DNA from: Longivirga aurantiaca
Lineage (GTDB): Bacteria; Actinomycetota; Actinomycetes; S36-B12; CAIYMF01
Direction: 5' to 3'
DNA: 32,000 nucleotides
Assembly (NCBI RefSeq): GCF_042660085.1
Contig: NZ_JBHSTI010000008.1
Location: 1,959,876-1,991,875 of the forward strand
The notes under the pieces were generated by a model. It made no database searches. It was not told the origin of the DNA and was given only the letters and a program-made list of their open reading frames with translations. Made by a program: the position numbers and the translations under genes. Shown here in pieces: positions 1-8,356 of the stretch. The number at the start of each line of letters is the position of its first letter. Within the stretch, counting starts at the first letter, position 1.

Positions 1-147
1 CCGGCCATGCCGCCCGGCACGCCGCTCACGCGCGAGCCGACGTACGACGGGGTCTACGTCGCCGGCGACCACCGCGACACCGCCTCGATCCAGGGCGCCC
101 TCGTCTCCGGCCGCCGCATCGCCACCGCCCTCCTCCGTTCTGGATGA
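1..147 (+). CDS. 3' end of a flavin-dependent oxidoreductase (amine-oxidase / desaturase fold), truncated by the window edge
   Basis: Frame 1 is open from base 1 to TGA at 145-147. The translation ...GVYVAGDHRDTASIQGALVSGRRIATALLRSG looks like the C-terminal FAD-binding motif of amine-oxidase-fold flavoproteins. GC3 is high. Confidence 0.45.
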   Translation, partial: PAMPPGTPLTREPTYDGVYVAGDHRDTASIQGALVSGRRIATALLRSG

Positions 148-304
148 AGTCCCCTCCTGACCTCGTCGGCTGCGCCTCCTCGGCAAGCGGGGGCCCACGC
201 ACATCCACGAGAGCCGAACAGACCCGGCCTTCATCGACGCGGTGCGGTGAGGCGGGCGGGCATCGCGAGCGCGCGTCGGCGGCCGCTCGCGTAGGTTCGG
301 CGGC

Positions 305-1045
305 ATGACGACGCGACGCATCCTGGCCACCAGCGGCGGCTTCATGCTGGCCGAGAGCGGGCGCGAGAACGCGCGCCGCCCCGGCGGCACCTTCCTCGAG
401 GCGCTGCGGCTGTCGGGCAAGGACCGGCCGCGCGTGCTGTTCGTGCACACGGCGTCCGGCGACGACAAGAACTACCTCGCCCTGTCGTACCAGGCCACGC
501 GCGACCTCTCGGTGGACGCCGACCACCTCGTGCTCTTCCCCTACCCCAACCAGACGCCGGAGGAGGCGTTCGGCCAGGCCGACGTCGTCTGGGTCGGCGG
601 CGGATCGGTCGCGAACCTCCTCGCGCTCTGGCGCGTGCACGGCGTCGACGAGGCCGCGCGCGACGCGTGGGAGCGCGGCGTCGTCCTCGGCGGCGTGAGC
701 GCCGGCTCGATCTGCTGGCACGTCGGCGGTACGACGGACTCCTACGGACCCGATCTGCGCATCGTCACCGGCGGCCTCTGCCTGATCCCGTACGGCAACG
801 GCGTCCACTACGACAGCGAGGCGCAGCGCCGTCCGATGCTGCAGTCGCTCGTGCGCAGCGGCGAGCTGCCGCTGTCGTACTGCACCGACGACCGCGTCGG
901 GATCCTGTACGAGGGCACCGAGCCGGTCCGCGTGATCACCGACTACGACGTCGACCCCGAGACCGGGCCTGCGGCGTACCGCGTCGAGCGCACCGCCGAC
1001 GGCGGCGTTGTCGAGACCAGGTTCGCCCCCGGCCCCATCGCCTGA
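305..1045 (+). CDS. Peptidase S51 (dipeptidase E-like) / type 1 glutamine amidotransferase-like protein
   Basis: 246-aa ORF with a nucleophile-elbow-like GGVSAGSICW and an overall S51 layout (ILATSGGF..., VWVGGGSVANLL). Confidence 0.7.
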   Translation: MTTRRILATSGGFMLAESGRENARRPGGTFLEALRLSGKDRPRVLFVHTASGDDKNYLALSYQATRDLSVDADHLVLFPYPNQTPEEAFGQADVVWVGGGSVANLLALWRVHGVDEAARDAWERGVVLGGVSAGSICWHVGGTTDSYGPDLRIVTGGLCLIPYGNGVHYDSEAQRRPMLQSLVRSGELPLSYCTDDRVGILYEGTEPVRVITDYDVDPETGPAAYRVERTADGGVVETRFAPGPIA

Positions 1046-1062
1046 CCCGCCTCGAGCATCAC

Positions 1063-1111
1063 CCGTCAAGGACAGGAACCGCCCTTCACGGGCGTGCTCT
1101 GTCCTTGACGG
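1063..1111. terminator. Long hairpin: perfect 13-bp inverted repeat with a nested 5-bp hairpin. Probable terminator or operator between the peptidase and AKR genes.
   Basis: CCGTCAAGGACAG (1063-1075) is the exact reverse complement of CTGTCCTTGACGG (1099-1111). The spacer contains CGCCC-ttcac-GGGCG. No T tract. Confidence 0.4.
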
Positions 1112-1164
1112 AAGAACTCGGGCCGGCGGCGGCACGATCATGGCGGCTGTGGTGAGGTGGGCTT

Positions 1165-2103
1165 ATGAAGACCACCACGATCCCCCTGCTGACCGCCAAG
1201 CCCGTGCCGGTGATCGGCGTCGGTGCGATGCCGCTGTCGAACGCCCGCCCCGACGGCACGACGATGCCGCTCGAGGACGCCATCGCGGTCCTGCACCACG
1301 CGTTCGACGCCGGGCTGCGCCTCGTCGACACCGCCGACATCTACGCGCCCAGCGCGTCCGAGGTCGGGCACAACGAGCGCATCGTCGGTGAGGCCGTCCG
1401 CACCTGGTCGGGCGGCCGCGACCTCATCGTCGTCGTCACCAAGATCGGGATCACGCGTACGCCGGGCCCGCCCGAGAGCGAGTGGGGGCGCGACGGCTCG
1501 CGCGACTACCTGCTGCGAGCAGCCGAGGCCAGCGTGACCGCGCTCGGCTTCGAGCCCGACGTGATCATCAACCACCGCGTCAACCGCGCGCAGCAGCCGT
1601 ACGCCGAGACCGTGCGCGGCATGCTCGCCGTCCGCGACGCCGGCTTCGCACCGGCGATCGGCATCGGCAACATCAACCTCGCCGAGGCCCAGACTGCGTG
1701 GGAGGTCACGCAGGGCACGGTCGGCGCCGTCGAGAACGAGCGCAGCCCCCGCTACCGCGGCGACACCGACGTGTTCGAGTGGGCGATCGCGAACAACGTC
1801 GCGTTCTTCCCGTGGTCGCCGTTCGGCGGAGGCGACGACGCCAAGAACCTGCCGACGGCGTACCCCGAGTTCGCCGCCGTCGCGGCCGAGCTCACGGAAT
1901 CGACCGGCACCGAGGTGACCGCGCACGAGGTGGCGCTCGCGTGGCTCATCGCGCAGGGCCCGACCGTCGTGCCGATCCCGGGGTTCACCCGGTTCGCCAC
2001 GGCCGACTCCGCCGCGCGGGCGGCGTACCTCGACCTCAGCGCCGAGCAGCTCGCCCGCCTCGACGCCACCGAGGGCACCAACGAGTCGGTCTACCCCGAC
2101 TGA
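1165..2103 (+). CDS. Aldo/keto reductase family oxidoreductase
   Basis: 312-aa ORF with AKR-like segments (DTADIYAP, GHNERIVGEA, PWSPFGGG, IPIPGFTR). GAGGTGGG Shine-Dalgarno lies upstream of the ATG. Confidence 0.85.
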   Translation: MKTTTIPLLTAKPVPVIGVGAMPLSNARPDGTTMPLEDAIAVLHHAFDAGLRLVDTADIYAPSASEVGHNERIVGEAVRTWSGGRDLIVVVTKIGITRTPGPPESEWGRDGSRDYLLRAAEASVTALGFEPDVIINHRVNRAQQPYAETVRGMLAVRDAGFAPAIGIGNINLAEAQTAWEVTQGTVGAVENERSPRYRGDTDVFEWAIANNVAFFPWSPFGGGDDAKNLPTAYPEFAAVAAELTESTGTEVTAHEVALAWLIAQGPTVVPIPGFTRFATADSAARAAYLDLSAEQLARLDATEGTNESVYPD

Positions 2104-2143
2104 GTACCTATCGGTGAAGGCCGGAACTGTTGCGCTCTCAGCA

Positions 2144-2173
2144 GCGAAGGCCCCTACCGGGCGGGGGCTTCGC
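2144..2173 (+). terminator. GC-rich hairpin downstream of the AKR gene
   Basis: GCGAAGGCCCC ... GGGGGCTTCGC forms an imperfect stem about 40 nt after the stop at 2103. No T tract. Confidence 0.35.
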
Positions 2174-2276
2174 CCATCGTCGCCCGGCGGGGGCCCACCC
2201 TTCATCGCAAACCCGGGGGTACGCCGAGAGCGAGCGGGTGGGGCGGTGCGGCGGGGGCGGGCTTAGGCTGGCCGTC

Positions 2277-3044
2277 GTGACTGCGGAGACGACGACGTAC
2301 GCCGGGCTGCTCGCTGCGCCGAGCACCGCGCTGTCGTACCGCGTCGTCGGCCTCGGGCCCGGGCTCGTGCCGTACGCCGACGCCTGGGACCTGCAGCGCG
2401 CCACGCACGACCGCGTCGTCACCAGCGGCTCCCCCGGCGAGATCCTCCTGCTCGAGCACCCGCCCACCTACACCGCCGGCAAGCGCACCCGCCCCGCCGA
2501 CCGCCCGACCGACGGCACCCCCGTGGTCGACGTCGACCGCGGCGGCCAGATCACCTGGCACGGCCCCGGCCAGCTCGTCGGCTACCCGATCGTGCGTCTC
2601 GCCGAGCCCGTCGACGTGGTCGAGCACGTCCGCGTGCTCGAGGACGTCCTCATGAAGGTCTGCGCCGGCTTCGGCCTCGAGACGATGCGCGTCGAGGGCC
2701 GCACCGGCGTCTGGGTGGCCGCCGACACCCCGCTGCAGGGCACGCGCCCCGAGCGCAAGGTGGCCGCCGACACCCCGCTGCAGGGCACGCGCCCCGAGCG
2801 CAAGGTGGCCGCGATCGGCGTCCGCGTCAGCCGCGGCGTCACCATGCACGGCTTCGCGCTCAACTGCGACTGCGACCTCAGCTGGTTCGACCGCATCGTG
2901 CCGTGCGGCATCGAGGACGCCGGCGTCACGAGCCTCACCGCCGAGCTCGGCCGCACCATAACCGTGCAGGACGCCCTCGGCCCCGTCATCGCGGGGCTCG
3001 CCGCGCAGTACGGAACCCTCGTCGAGCAGAACCAGGAAGGCTGA
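2277..3044 (+). CDS. lipB: Octanoyltransferase LipB (lipoyl(octanoyl) transferase)
   Basis: Translation has [55 protein letters not shown] and IVPCGI, all typical of LipB. It lies directly upstream of lipA. I chose the GTG at 2277 because the 2130-2276 part of the ORF is Arg/Gly-rich and covers the upstream hairpin. The start is uncertain. Confidence 0.9.
   Translation: MTAETTTYAGLLAAPSTALSYRVVGLGPGLVPYADAWDLQRATHDRVVTSGSPGEILLLEHPPTYTAGKRTRPADRPTDGTPVVDVDRGGQITWHGPGQLVGYPIVRLAEPVDVVEHVRVLEDVLMKVCAGFGLETMRVEGRTGVWVAADTPLQGTRPERKVAADTPLQGTRPERKVAAIGVRVSRGVTMHGFALNCDCDLSWFDRIVPCGIEDAGVTSLTAELGRTITVQDALGPVIAGLAAQYGTLVEQNQEG
2715..2804 (+). repeat. Perfect 45-bp tandem duplication (2 copies) inside lipB
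   Basis: GTGGCCGCCGACACCCCGCTGCAGGGCACGCGCCCCGAGCGCAAG occurs at 2715-2759 and again, identical, at 2760-2804. The next 8 nt (GTGGCCGC, 2805-2812) repeat the unit start. Confidence 0.95.
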
Positions 3045-3045
3045 C

Positions 3046-4056
3046 GTGACCGACTCGGTCGGAACGACCACGCCCAGCCACGACGACGTCGTGCAGACCG
3101 CACCCGACGGCCGCCGCATGCTGCGGATCGAGGCGCGCAACGCCGAGGTGCCGATCGAGCGCAAGCCCAGCTGGATCAAGACCACGCTGAGGACCGGCCC
3201 GGAGTTCCAGCGCATCAGCGGCATGGTGAAGTCCGAGGGCCTGCACACGGTGTGCCAGGAGGCGGGCTGCCCCAACATCTACGAGTGCTGGGAGGACGCC
3301 GAGGCCACGTTCCTCATCGGCGGCAGCCAGTGCTCGCGCCGCTGCGACTTCTGCCAGATCGACACCGGCCGCCCCGACCCCCTCGACCGCGACGAGCCCC
3401 GCCGCGTGGCGGAGTCGGTGGCCACGATGGGCCTGCGGTACGCCACGGTCACCGGCGTCGCCCGCGACGACCTCCCCGACGAGGGCGCCTGGCTCTACGC
3501 AGAGACGGTCCGCAAGATCCACGAGCTCAACCCGGGCACCGGCGTCGAGGTGCTCATCCCCGACTTCTCCGGCAAGCCCGAGCTCCTCCAGCAGGTGTTC
3601 GACGCCGCCCCCGAGGTGCTCGCGCACAACGTCGAGACCGTGCCGCGCATCTTCAAGCGCATCCGTCCGGCGTTCCGGTACGACCGGTCCCTCGACGTCA
3701 TCACCCAGGCCCGTGCCGCGGGGATGGTCACCAAGTCCAACCTGATCCTGGGCATGGGCGAGGAGATCCCCGAGGTCGTGCAGGCCCTGCACGACCTGCA
3801 CGACGCCGGCTGCGACCTGATCACCATCACGCAGTACCTGCGGCCGAGCCCCAAGCATCACCCGGTCACCCGCTGGGTGAAGCCCGAGGAGTTCGTCGAG
3901 CTCGCCGAGACCGCTACCGCGATCGGCTTCGCCGGTGTGATGAGCGGCCCGCTCGTGCGCTCGTCGTACCGTGCCGGGCGCCTGCACCAGCAGGCGCTCG
4001 AGGCCCGGGCCACGGGCGGGGCGGCCACGATCGTGACCGGCGGAGCCACCGCCTGA
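3046..4056 (+). CDS. lipA: Lipoyl synthase LipA (radical SAM)
   Basis: 336-aa ORF with [13 protein letters not shown]-type and [10 protein letters not shown] radical-SAM cysteine motifs. GGAAGG lies upstream of the GTG start. Confidence 0.95.
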   Translation: MTDSVGTTTPSHDDVVQTAPDGRRMLRIEARNAEVPIERKPSWIKTTLRTGPEFQRISGMVKSEGLHTVCQEAGCPNIYECWEDAEATFLIGGSQCSRRCDFCQIDTGRPDPLDRDEPRRVAESVATMGLRYATVTGVARDDLPDEGAWLYAETVRKIHELNPGTGVEVLIPDFSGKPELLQQVFDAAPEVLAHNVETVPRIFKRIRPAFRYDRSLDVITQARAAGMVTKSNLILGMGEEIPEVVQALHDLHDAGCDLITITQYLRPSPKHHPVTRWVKPEEFVELAETATAIGFAGVMSGPLVRSSYRAGRLHQQALEARATGGAATIVTGGATA

Positions 4057-4138
4057 CACCTGTGCCGGGGCGGTTCGTCGCGGGCCTCCGAGGCGTCTAC
4101 CCTGGGGGCCTCACCATCGACCACCGGAGCGCACACCC

Positions 4139-4813
4139 GTGAGCAGCAACGCGCCCAGCCCGGCCCCCCGCGGCCGCATCGCGCAGATCCGCGAGACGTA
4201 CAAGCTGACCCGTCGCGCCGACCCGAAGATCCCGTGGATCCTCGCCGGTGTCTTCCTCGGCGTCCTGCTGGTCATGGTGGCGCTCGGCGCCGTGTTCGGC
4301 CCGCTGTGGTTCTGGATCGTGCTCGGCGTCCCGACCGCCCTGCTCGCAGCCACCTACATCTTCGCCCGCCGCGCCGAGTCGGCGGCGTACGCCTCGATCG
4401 AGGGGCAGGCCGGCGCCGCCGCCTCCGCGCTCTCCACGCTGCGCTCGGGCTGGTACGTCACCCCGGCCGTCGCCGTCACGAAGAACCAGGACGTCGTGCA
4501 CCGCGTGCTCGGCCGTCCGGGCGTGATCCTGGTGTCCGAGGCCCCCGCGAGCCGTGCGGCGAACCTGCTGGCCAACGAGCGCAAGCGGCACGCACGCTAC
4601 GTCGGCGAGACGCCGATCATCGAGGTGCAGTCCGGCAACGAGCCCGGCCAGGTGCCGATCCGCAAGCTGCAGCGGCACGTGATGAAGCTGCCGCGCTCGC
4701 TGAAGCCCGCACAGGTCAGCACGCTGCGCAAGCGCCTCGACGCCCTCACCACCACACCGCTGCCGATCCCCAAGGGCCCGCTGCCCAAGGGCACCAAGAT
4801 CCCCCGCAGCTGA
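4139..4813 (+). CDS. DUF4191-type conserved actinobacterial membrane protein (Rv2219-like)
   Basis: 224-aa ORF with two adjacent TM helices near the N-terminus (ILAGVFLGVLLVMVALGAVFGPLWFWIVLGVPTALLAATYIF). It sits immediately after lipA, the position of the mycobacterial homologue. Confidence 0.75.
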   Translation: MSSNAPSPAPRGRIAQIRETYKLTRRADPKIPWILAGVFLGVLLVMVALGAVFGPLWFWIVLGVPTALLAATYIFARRAESAAYASIEGQAGAAASALSTLRSGWYVTPAVAVTKNQDVVHRVLGRPGVILVSEAPASRAANLLANERKRHARYVGETPIIEVQSGNEPGQVPIRKLQRHVMKLPRSLKPAQVSTLRKRLDALTTTPLPIPKGPLPKGTKIPRS

Positions 4814-4862
4814 TCCCTCCGCCGCCCGGACAATTGCCCCCGGAACTGTTGCTTCCCGAGCC

Positions 4863-4888
4863 GTTCGGTCGTGACTTCACGACCGAAC
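4863..4888 (+). terminator. Hairpin downstream of the DUF4191 gene
   Basis: GTTCGGTCG-tgacttca-CGACCGAAC, a 9-bp perfect stem 50 nt after the stop at 4813. Confidence 0.4.
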
Positions 4889-4922
4889 CGGGGGCACATT
4901 CCCGGCGCAGGAAGGTGCTGGC

Positions 4923-5108
4923 GTGACGGCCCTGCCGAACATCGGCGCCCCGGCGACGCGCGCGCTCACCATCGAGGGCATCACCACGCTCGAGTCGGTC
5001 GCCGGCCGTCCGGCGCGGCGGCTGCTCGCGCTGCACGGCGTCGGGCCCCGCGCGATCCGCATCCTCTCCGAGGCGCTCGAGGCCGCCGGCCTCGAGCCCC
5101 TCACCTGA
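4923..5108 (+). CDS. Small helix-hairpin-helix DNA-binding-like protein
   Basis: 61-aa GTG-initiated ORF with very high GC3. LLALHGVGPRAIRILSEALEAAGL resembles an HhH / RNAP-alpha-CTD-like motif. Confidence 0.6.
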   Translation: MTALPNIGAPATRALTIEGITTLESVAGRPARRLLALHGVGPRAIRILSEALEAAGLEPLT

Positions 5109-5150
5109 GCGCCTGCCCCTCGGGCTGCCCCAGACCTCAGGCTGACGCCG

Positions 5151-5741
5151 ATGCAGGGCCGCAGCACCGACGACATGCTCGGCATCGGGCAGCTCGCCCG
5201 GCTCGCCGGGCTGTCGGTCGGCGCGCTGCGCCACAACGACGAGGTCGGCGCGGTCATCGCCGAGGACGACCCCGCCGTACGCCGTGCGCTCCTCGCCCGG
5301 CACCGCGACCCGGTCGCCACGCGGGTCACGCCGCTCCAGCGGGTCCTGCACCGGCTCACCCACCTCGTCGACCCCGACCAGGGGCACGACCACTCCCCCG
5401 AGGAGCACGTCATGTCGCAGACCACCACCGGCAGCCTCGACGCCGGCCCGCAGACCGCGCTCGCCAAGGCCCTCTACAACCGCGTGTGGGAGCCGCTCGA
5501 GAAGAGCGACCGCACAGCGGCGGACGACGAGGAGCTCGTGCACACCGCGCACGCCTCCCGGCACTTCTGGACCGCGGTCGGCACCGAGAAGAACGAGGCG
5601 CTCGCCCGCGCGTACGCCGTCGCCGGCGACAAGGCCGCGGCGGTCGAGTGGAAGGCCAAGGCCGTGGCGCGCCTGGCCGAGGTGGACGACACCGACGACC
5701 GCGAGATCGTCGCGGGCGACCTGACCACGCTGCCGGTCTGA
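5151..5741 (+). CDS. Hypothetical protein with a degenerate MerR-type HTH segment at the N-terminus (alternative start at ATG 5412 gives a 109-aa product)
   Basis: High GC3 throughout. Residues 9-33 (MLGIGQLARLAGLSVGALRHNDEVG) look like the MerR HTH, but the wing (GYRxY) is absent. The C-terminal 109 aa (...ELVHTAHASRHFW...ARAYAVAGD...DDREIVAGDLTTL) resemble a conserved actinobacterial hypothetical family, from memory. Confidence 0.5.
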   Translation: MQGRSTDDMLGIGQLARLAGLSVGALRHNDEVGAVIAEDDPAVRRALLARHRDPVATRVTPLQRVLHRLTHLVDPDQGHDHSPEEHVMSQTTTGSLDAGPQTALAKALYNRVWEPLEKSDRTAADDEELVHTAHASRHFWTAVGTEKNEALARAYAVAGDKAAAVEWKAKAVARLAEVDDTDDREIVAGDLTTLPV

Positions 5742-5753
5742 GGTCGGGCCGCG

Positions 5754-6263
5754 TCAGCGGCGGACGAGCACCAGACCGAGCGAGCGGTCGTGCAGGCCCC
5801 GCATGTCGCGGTCCCAGATCACGGCCGGGACGAGCAGGCACACCTGCAGGCTGCGCAGGAACGCGCGGCCGAAGCCCGGGGGCATGCCGTCCAGGCGCAG
5901 GACGCCGATCCCGAACACCCGCTGGCCGAACGACGATCCCGTCGCCCAGGTGAGCAGCGTGAGCTGCACCAGGAACACGCCCATCGTGGCGAAGCTCGAC
6001 TCCGGGGTGCCGTAGGCGAGGCCGGAGAACAGCAGGCGCACGAGCAGCACGCACGCGAACCAGTCGAGGAACAGGGCGCCGATCCGGCGGCCCCAGCGGG
6101 CGATCGAGCCCGGGCCGTCGTCGGGGAGACCGAGGCGCTGCCCGGGGTAGTCCTGCGTCGGCGGCAGCACCGAGCCGGGGCCCGACAGCCACGACCCGAG
6201 GTCGCGCCTGGTCAGCCCGCGCGACTGCTGCTCTCCGTCGGGTGCGTTCTGCTCACCTGCCAC
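5754..6263 (-). CDS. RDD family membrane protein (Rv2219A-like)
   Basis: 169-aa GTG-initiated ORF. ARWGRRIGALFLDWFACVLLV followed by further TM segments and RLDG is typical of RDD-domain proteins. Its position next to glnA matches mycobacteria. Confidence 0.8.
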   Translation of the reverse strand: MAGEQNAPDGEQQSRGLTRRDLGSWLSGPGSVLPPTQDYPGQRLGLPDDGPGSIARWGRRIGALFLDWFACVLLVRLLFSGLAYGTPESSFATMGVFLVQLTLLTWATGSSFGQRVFGIGVLRLDGMPPGFGRAFLRSLQVCLLVPAVIWDRDMRGLHDRSLGLVLVRR

Positions 6264-6317
6264 CGGGCAAGGCTAAGCGGCGCACGACGACCCCGCCGAC
6301 CGAGGTCCGGTCGCCCC

Positions 6318-6368
6318 GCGTCAGGGCGGCGTCAGGGTTCCCGCCACGGCGTCAGGATCGCGTCAAGA
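6318..6368 (+). promoter_or_regulatory. Four phased direct repeats GCGTCA(G/A)G in the divergent RDD / permease promoter region. Candidate OmpR-family response-regulator boxes.
   Basis: GCGTCAGG at 6318 and 6329 and at 6349, GCGTCAAG at 6360. Start-to-start spacings are 11, 20 and 11 bp. The repeats lie 41-91 bp upstream of the GTG at 6409. Confidence 0.45.
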
Positions 6369-6408
6369 TCGCGCGAACCACCGGCCTCGGCGGGCGTACG
6401 ACGTAGTC

Positions 6409-8334
6409 GTGAGCATCCTCAAGCGCGCCTTCGTCGGCAGCCCCATCGACTCCTCCGAAGGCCACCGCACCCTGCTGTCCAAGCGCCTCGCACTGCCGAT
6501 CTTCTGCAGCGACCCGCTCTCGAGCGTCGCCTACGCGACCGACCAGATCCTCCTGGTGCTCGTGCTCGGCGGCGCCGCAGCCCTGATGTTCACGCCGTGG
6601 GTCGCCCTGGCCGTCATCGCGCTGCTCGCGATCGTCGTGACGTCGTACCGGCGCACGGTGCACGCCTACCCGAACGGCGGCGGAGCGTACGCCGTAGCCC
6701 AGGACAACTTCGGGCAGCGCACGGCGCTCGTCGCTGCGAGCGCGCTCATCGTCGACTACATCCTGACCGTGGCCGTGTCCGTGACGTCCGGGGTCGCCAA
6801 CTTCACCTCGGCCTTCCCCGATCTCGCCCCGTACACCGTGGAGATCAGCGTCGGCCTCGTCATCGGCCTCACGCTCATGAACCTCCGCGGCGTGCGCGAG
6901 TCCGGCAAGGCGTTCGCGGCACCGACGTACCTCTTCATCATCAGCGTGGTCGTGCTCATCGTGGTGGGCGCGGTGAAGATGCTGCTCGGCCAGCCGGTGG
7001 TGGCTGAGTCGGCTTCGCTCACGTCCGACGCCGCCCAGGCCACAGGCGCAGCTGCGATCTTCCTGCTGCTGCGCGCGTTCGCCTCGGGCTGCACCGCGCT
7101 CACGGGTGTCGAGGCGATCTCCAACGGCGTCCCCTACTTCAAGCCGCCGAAGTCACGGAACGCCGCCGGCACGCTGCTCGCCATGGGCGTGCTCGCCATC
7201 ACGATGTTCGGCGGTGTCACCTGGCTCGCGATCGCGTCCGGCGTCAAGCTCTCCGAGGACAACGCGACCCTCGGGCTCCCGGCCGACGTCGTGCAGCCGA
7301 CCGTGCTGGCGCAGCTCGGGACGGCCGTCTTCGGGAGCGGCTCGATCGGGTTCTTCGCGCTGCAGATCTTCACCACCGCCGTGCTCGTGCTCGCCGCGAA
7401 CACCGCCTACAACAGCTTCCCGATCATGGCCTCGGTGCTCGGCCGCGACGGCTACCTGCCCCGTCAGTTCGGACGCCGCGGCGACAAGCTCGTCTTCAGC
7501 AACGGCATCCTGTTCCTCGCCGGCTCGTCGGTGCTGCTGATCGTCGCGTTCGACGCGAGCGTGACCCGGCTGGTGCAGCTCTACATCCTCGGTGTCTTCC
7601 TGTCGTTCACGATCTCCCAGTCCGGGATGGTCAAGCACTGGTCGCGCCAGATGCGCACGGCGCCCGCGGCGGAGCGTCGCCGCATGGCCCGCGACCGGAT
7701 CATCAACGGCCTCGGTGCCTCCGTGACCGCCGTGGTGCTCGTGATCGTGGTGGTCACGAAGTTCACCCACGGCGCGTGGCTCGTGATCATCGCCGTGCCG
7801 CTCTTCTACGCCGTGATGGTGGGCATCCACCGCCACTACCGGTCGCTCGACGAGCGGATGTCGCCCGCGCCGGGCGGCGTGGTGCTGCCGAGCCGCGTCC
7901 AGGCCCTCGTCCTCGTCTCACGGCTGCACGCGCCGGCGATGCAGGCGCTGGCGTTCGCGCGCGCCACCCGGCCCGACCACCTCGAGGCCGTGCACGTCGT
8001 GACCGACCGCAGCGACGTGCCGAGCCTGCAGCAGGCCTGGGCCGACCGCGGGATCCCCGTGCCGCTGGTGTGCCTGGAGTCGCCGTACCGCGACCTGACC
8101 CAGCCGGTGCTCGAGCATGTGCGGCAGATGCGTCGCACGAGCCCGCGCGACATCGTCGCGGTCTTCGTGCCCGAGTACGTCGTGACCCACTGGTGGGAGG
8201 CGCTGCTGCACAACCAGAGCGCCCTCCGGCTCAAGGTGCGCCTCCGTCAGGAGAAGGGCGTCATCGTGATCTCGGTGCCGCTGCAGCTCGAGGACGCGCC
8301 CATCGAGGGCCCGGTCGAGGCGGCGGTGCGGTGA
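6409..8334 (+). CDS. APC-superfamily permease with a C-terminal cytoplasmic domain (KimA/YdaO-like putative K+ or amino-acid transporter)
   Basis: 641-aa ORF. N-terminal LKRAFVGSPIDSSEGHRTLLSKRLALPIFCSDPLSSVAYATDQILLVL, about 12 TM segments, then a roughly 170-aa soluble tail. No Shine-Dalgarno precedes the GTG, so the mRNA may be leaderless. Confidence 0.8.
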   Translation: MSILKRAFVGSPIDSSEGHRTLLSKRLALPIFCSDPLSSVAYATDQILLVLVLGGAAALMFTPWVALAVIALLAIVVTSYRRTVHAYPNGGGAYAVAQDNFGQRTALVAASALIVDYILTVAVSVTSGVANFTSAFPDLAPYTVEISVGLVIGLTLMNLRGVRESGKAFAAPTYLFIISVVVLIVVGAVKMLLGQPVVAESASLTSDAAQATGAAAIFLLLRAFASGCTALTGVEAISNGVPYFKPPKSRNAAGTLLAMGVLAITMFGGVTWLAIASGVKLSEDNATLGLPADVVQPTVLAQLGTAVFGSGSIGFFALQIFTTAVLVLAANTAYNSFPIMASVLGRDGYLPRQFGRRGDKLVFSNGILFLAGSSVLLIVAFDASVTRLVQLYILGVFLSFTISQSGMVKHWSRQMRTAPAAERRRMARDRIINGLGASVTAVVLVIVVVTKFTHGAWLVIIAVPLFYAVMVGIHRHYRSLDERMSPAPGGVVLPSRVQALVLVSRLHAPAMQALAFARATRPDHLEAVHVVTDRSDVPSLQQAWADRGIPVPLVCLESPYRDLTQPVLEHVRQMRRTSPRDIVAVFVPEYVVTHWWEALLHNQSALRLKVRLRQEKGVIVISVPLQLEDAPIEGPVEAAVR

Positions 8335-8356
8335 CGCCGGTGGAAGACTCGACGGC

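Noticed and set aside
2130-2276. The N-terminal 49-codon extension of the lipB ORF in the ORF track.
   Set aside because: The extension is Arg/Gly-rich, overlaps the upstream terminator hairpin (2144-2173) and has no counterpart in LipB proteins. The GTG at 2277 gives a normal-length LipB.
2121-4852. A shared 13-mer CCGGAACTGTTGC at 2121-2133 and 4840-4852. Each copy lies shortly after a stop codon and about 10 nt before a terminator hairpin.
   Set aside because: A rough estimate gives a few chance 13-mer matches even within the intergenic fraction of this window. The flanks show no further similarity. It is worth a genome-wide count but is not supportable as a motif from two copies.
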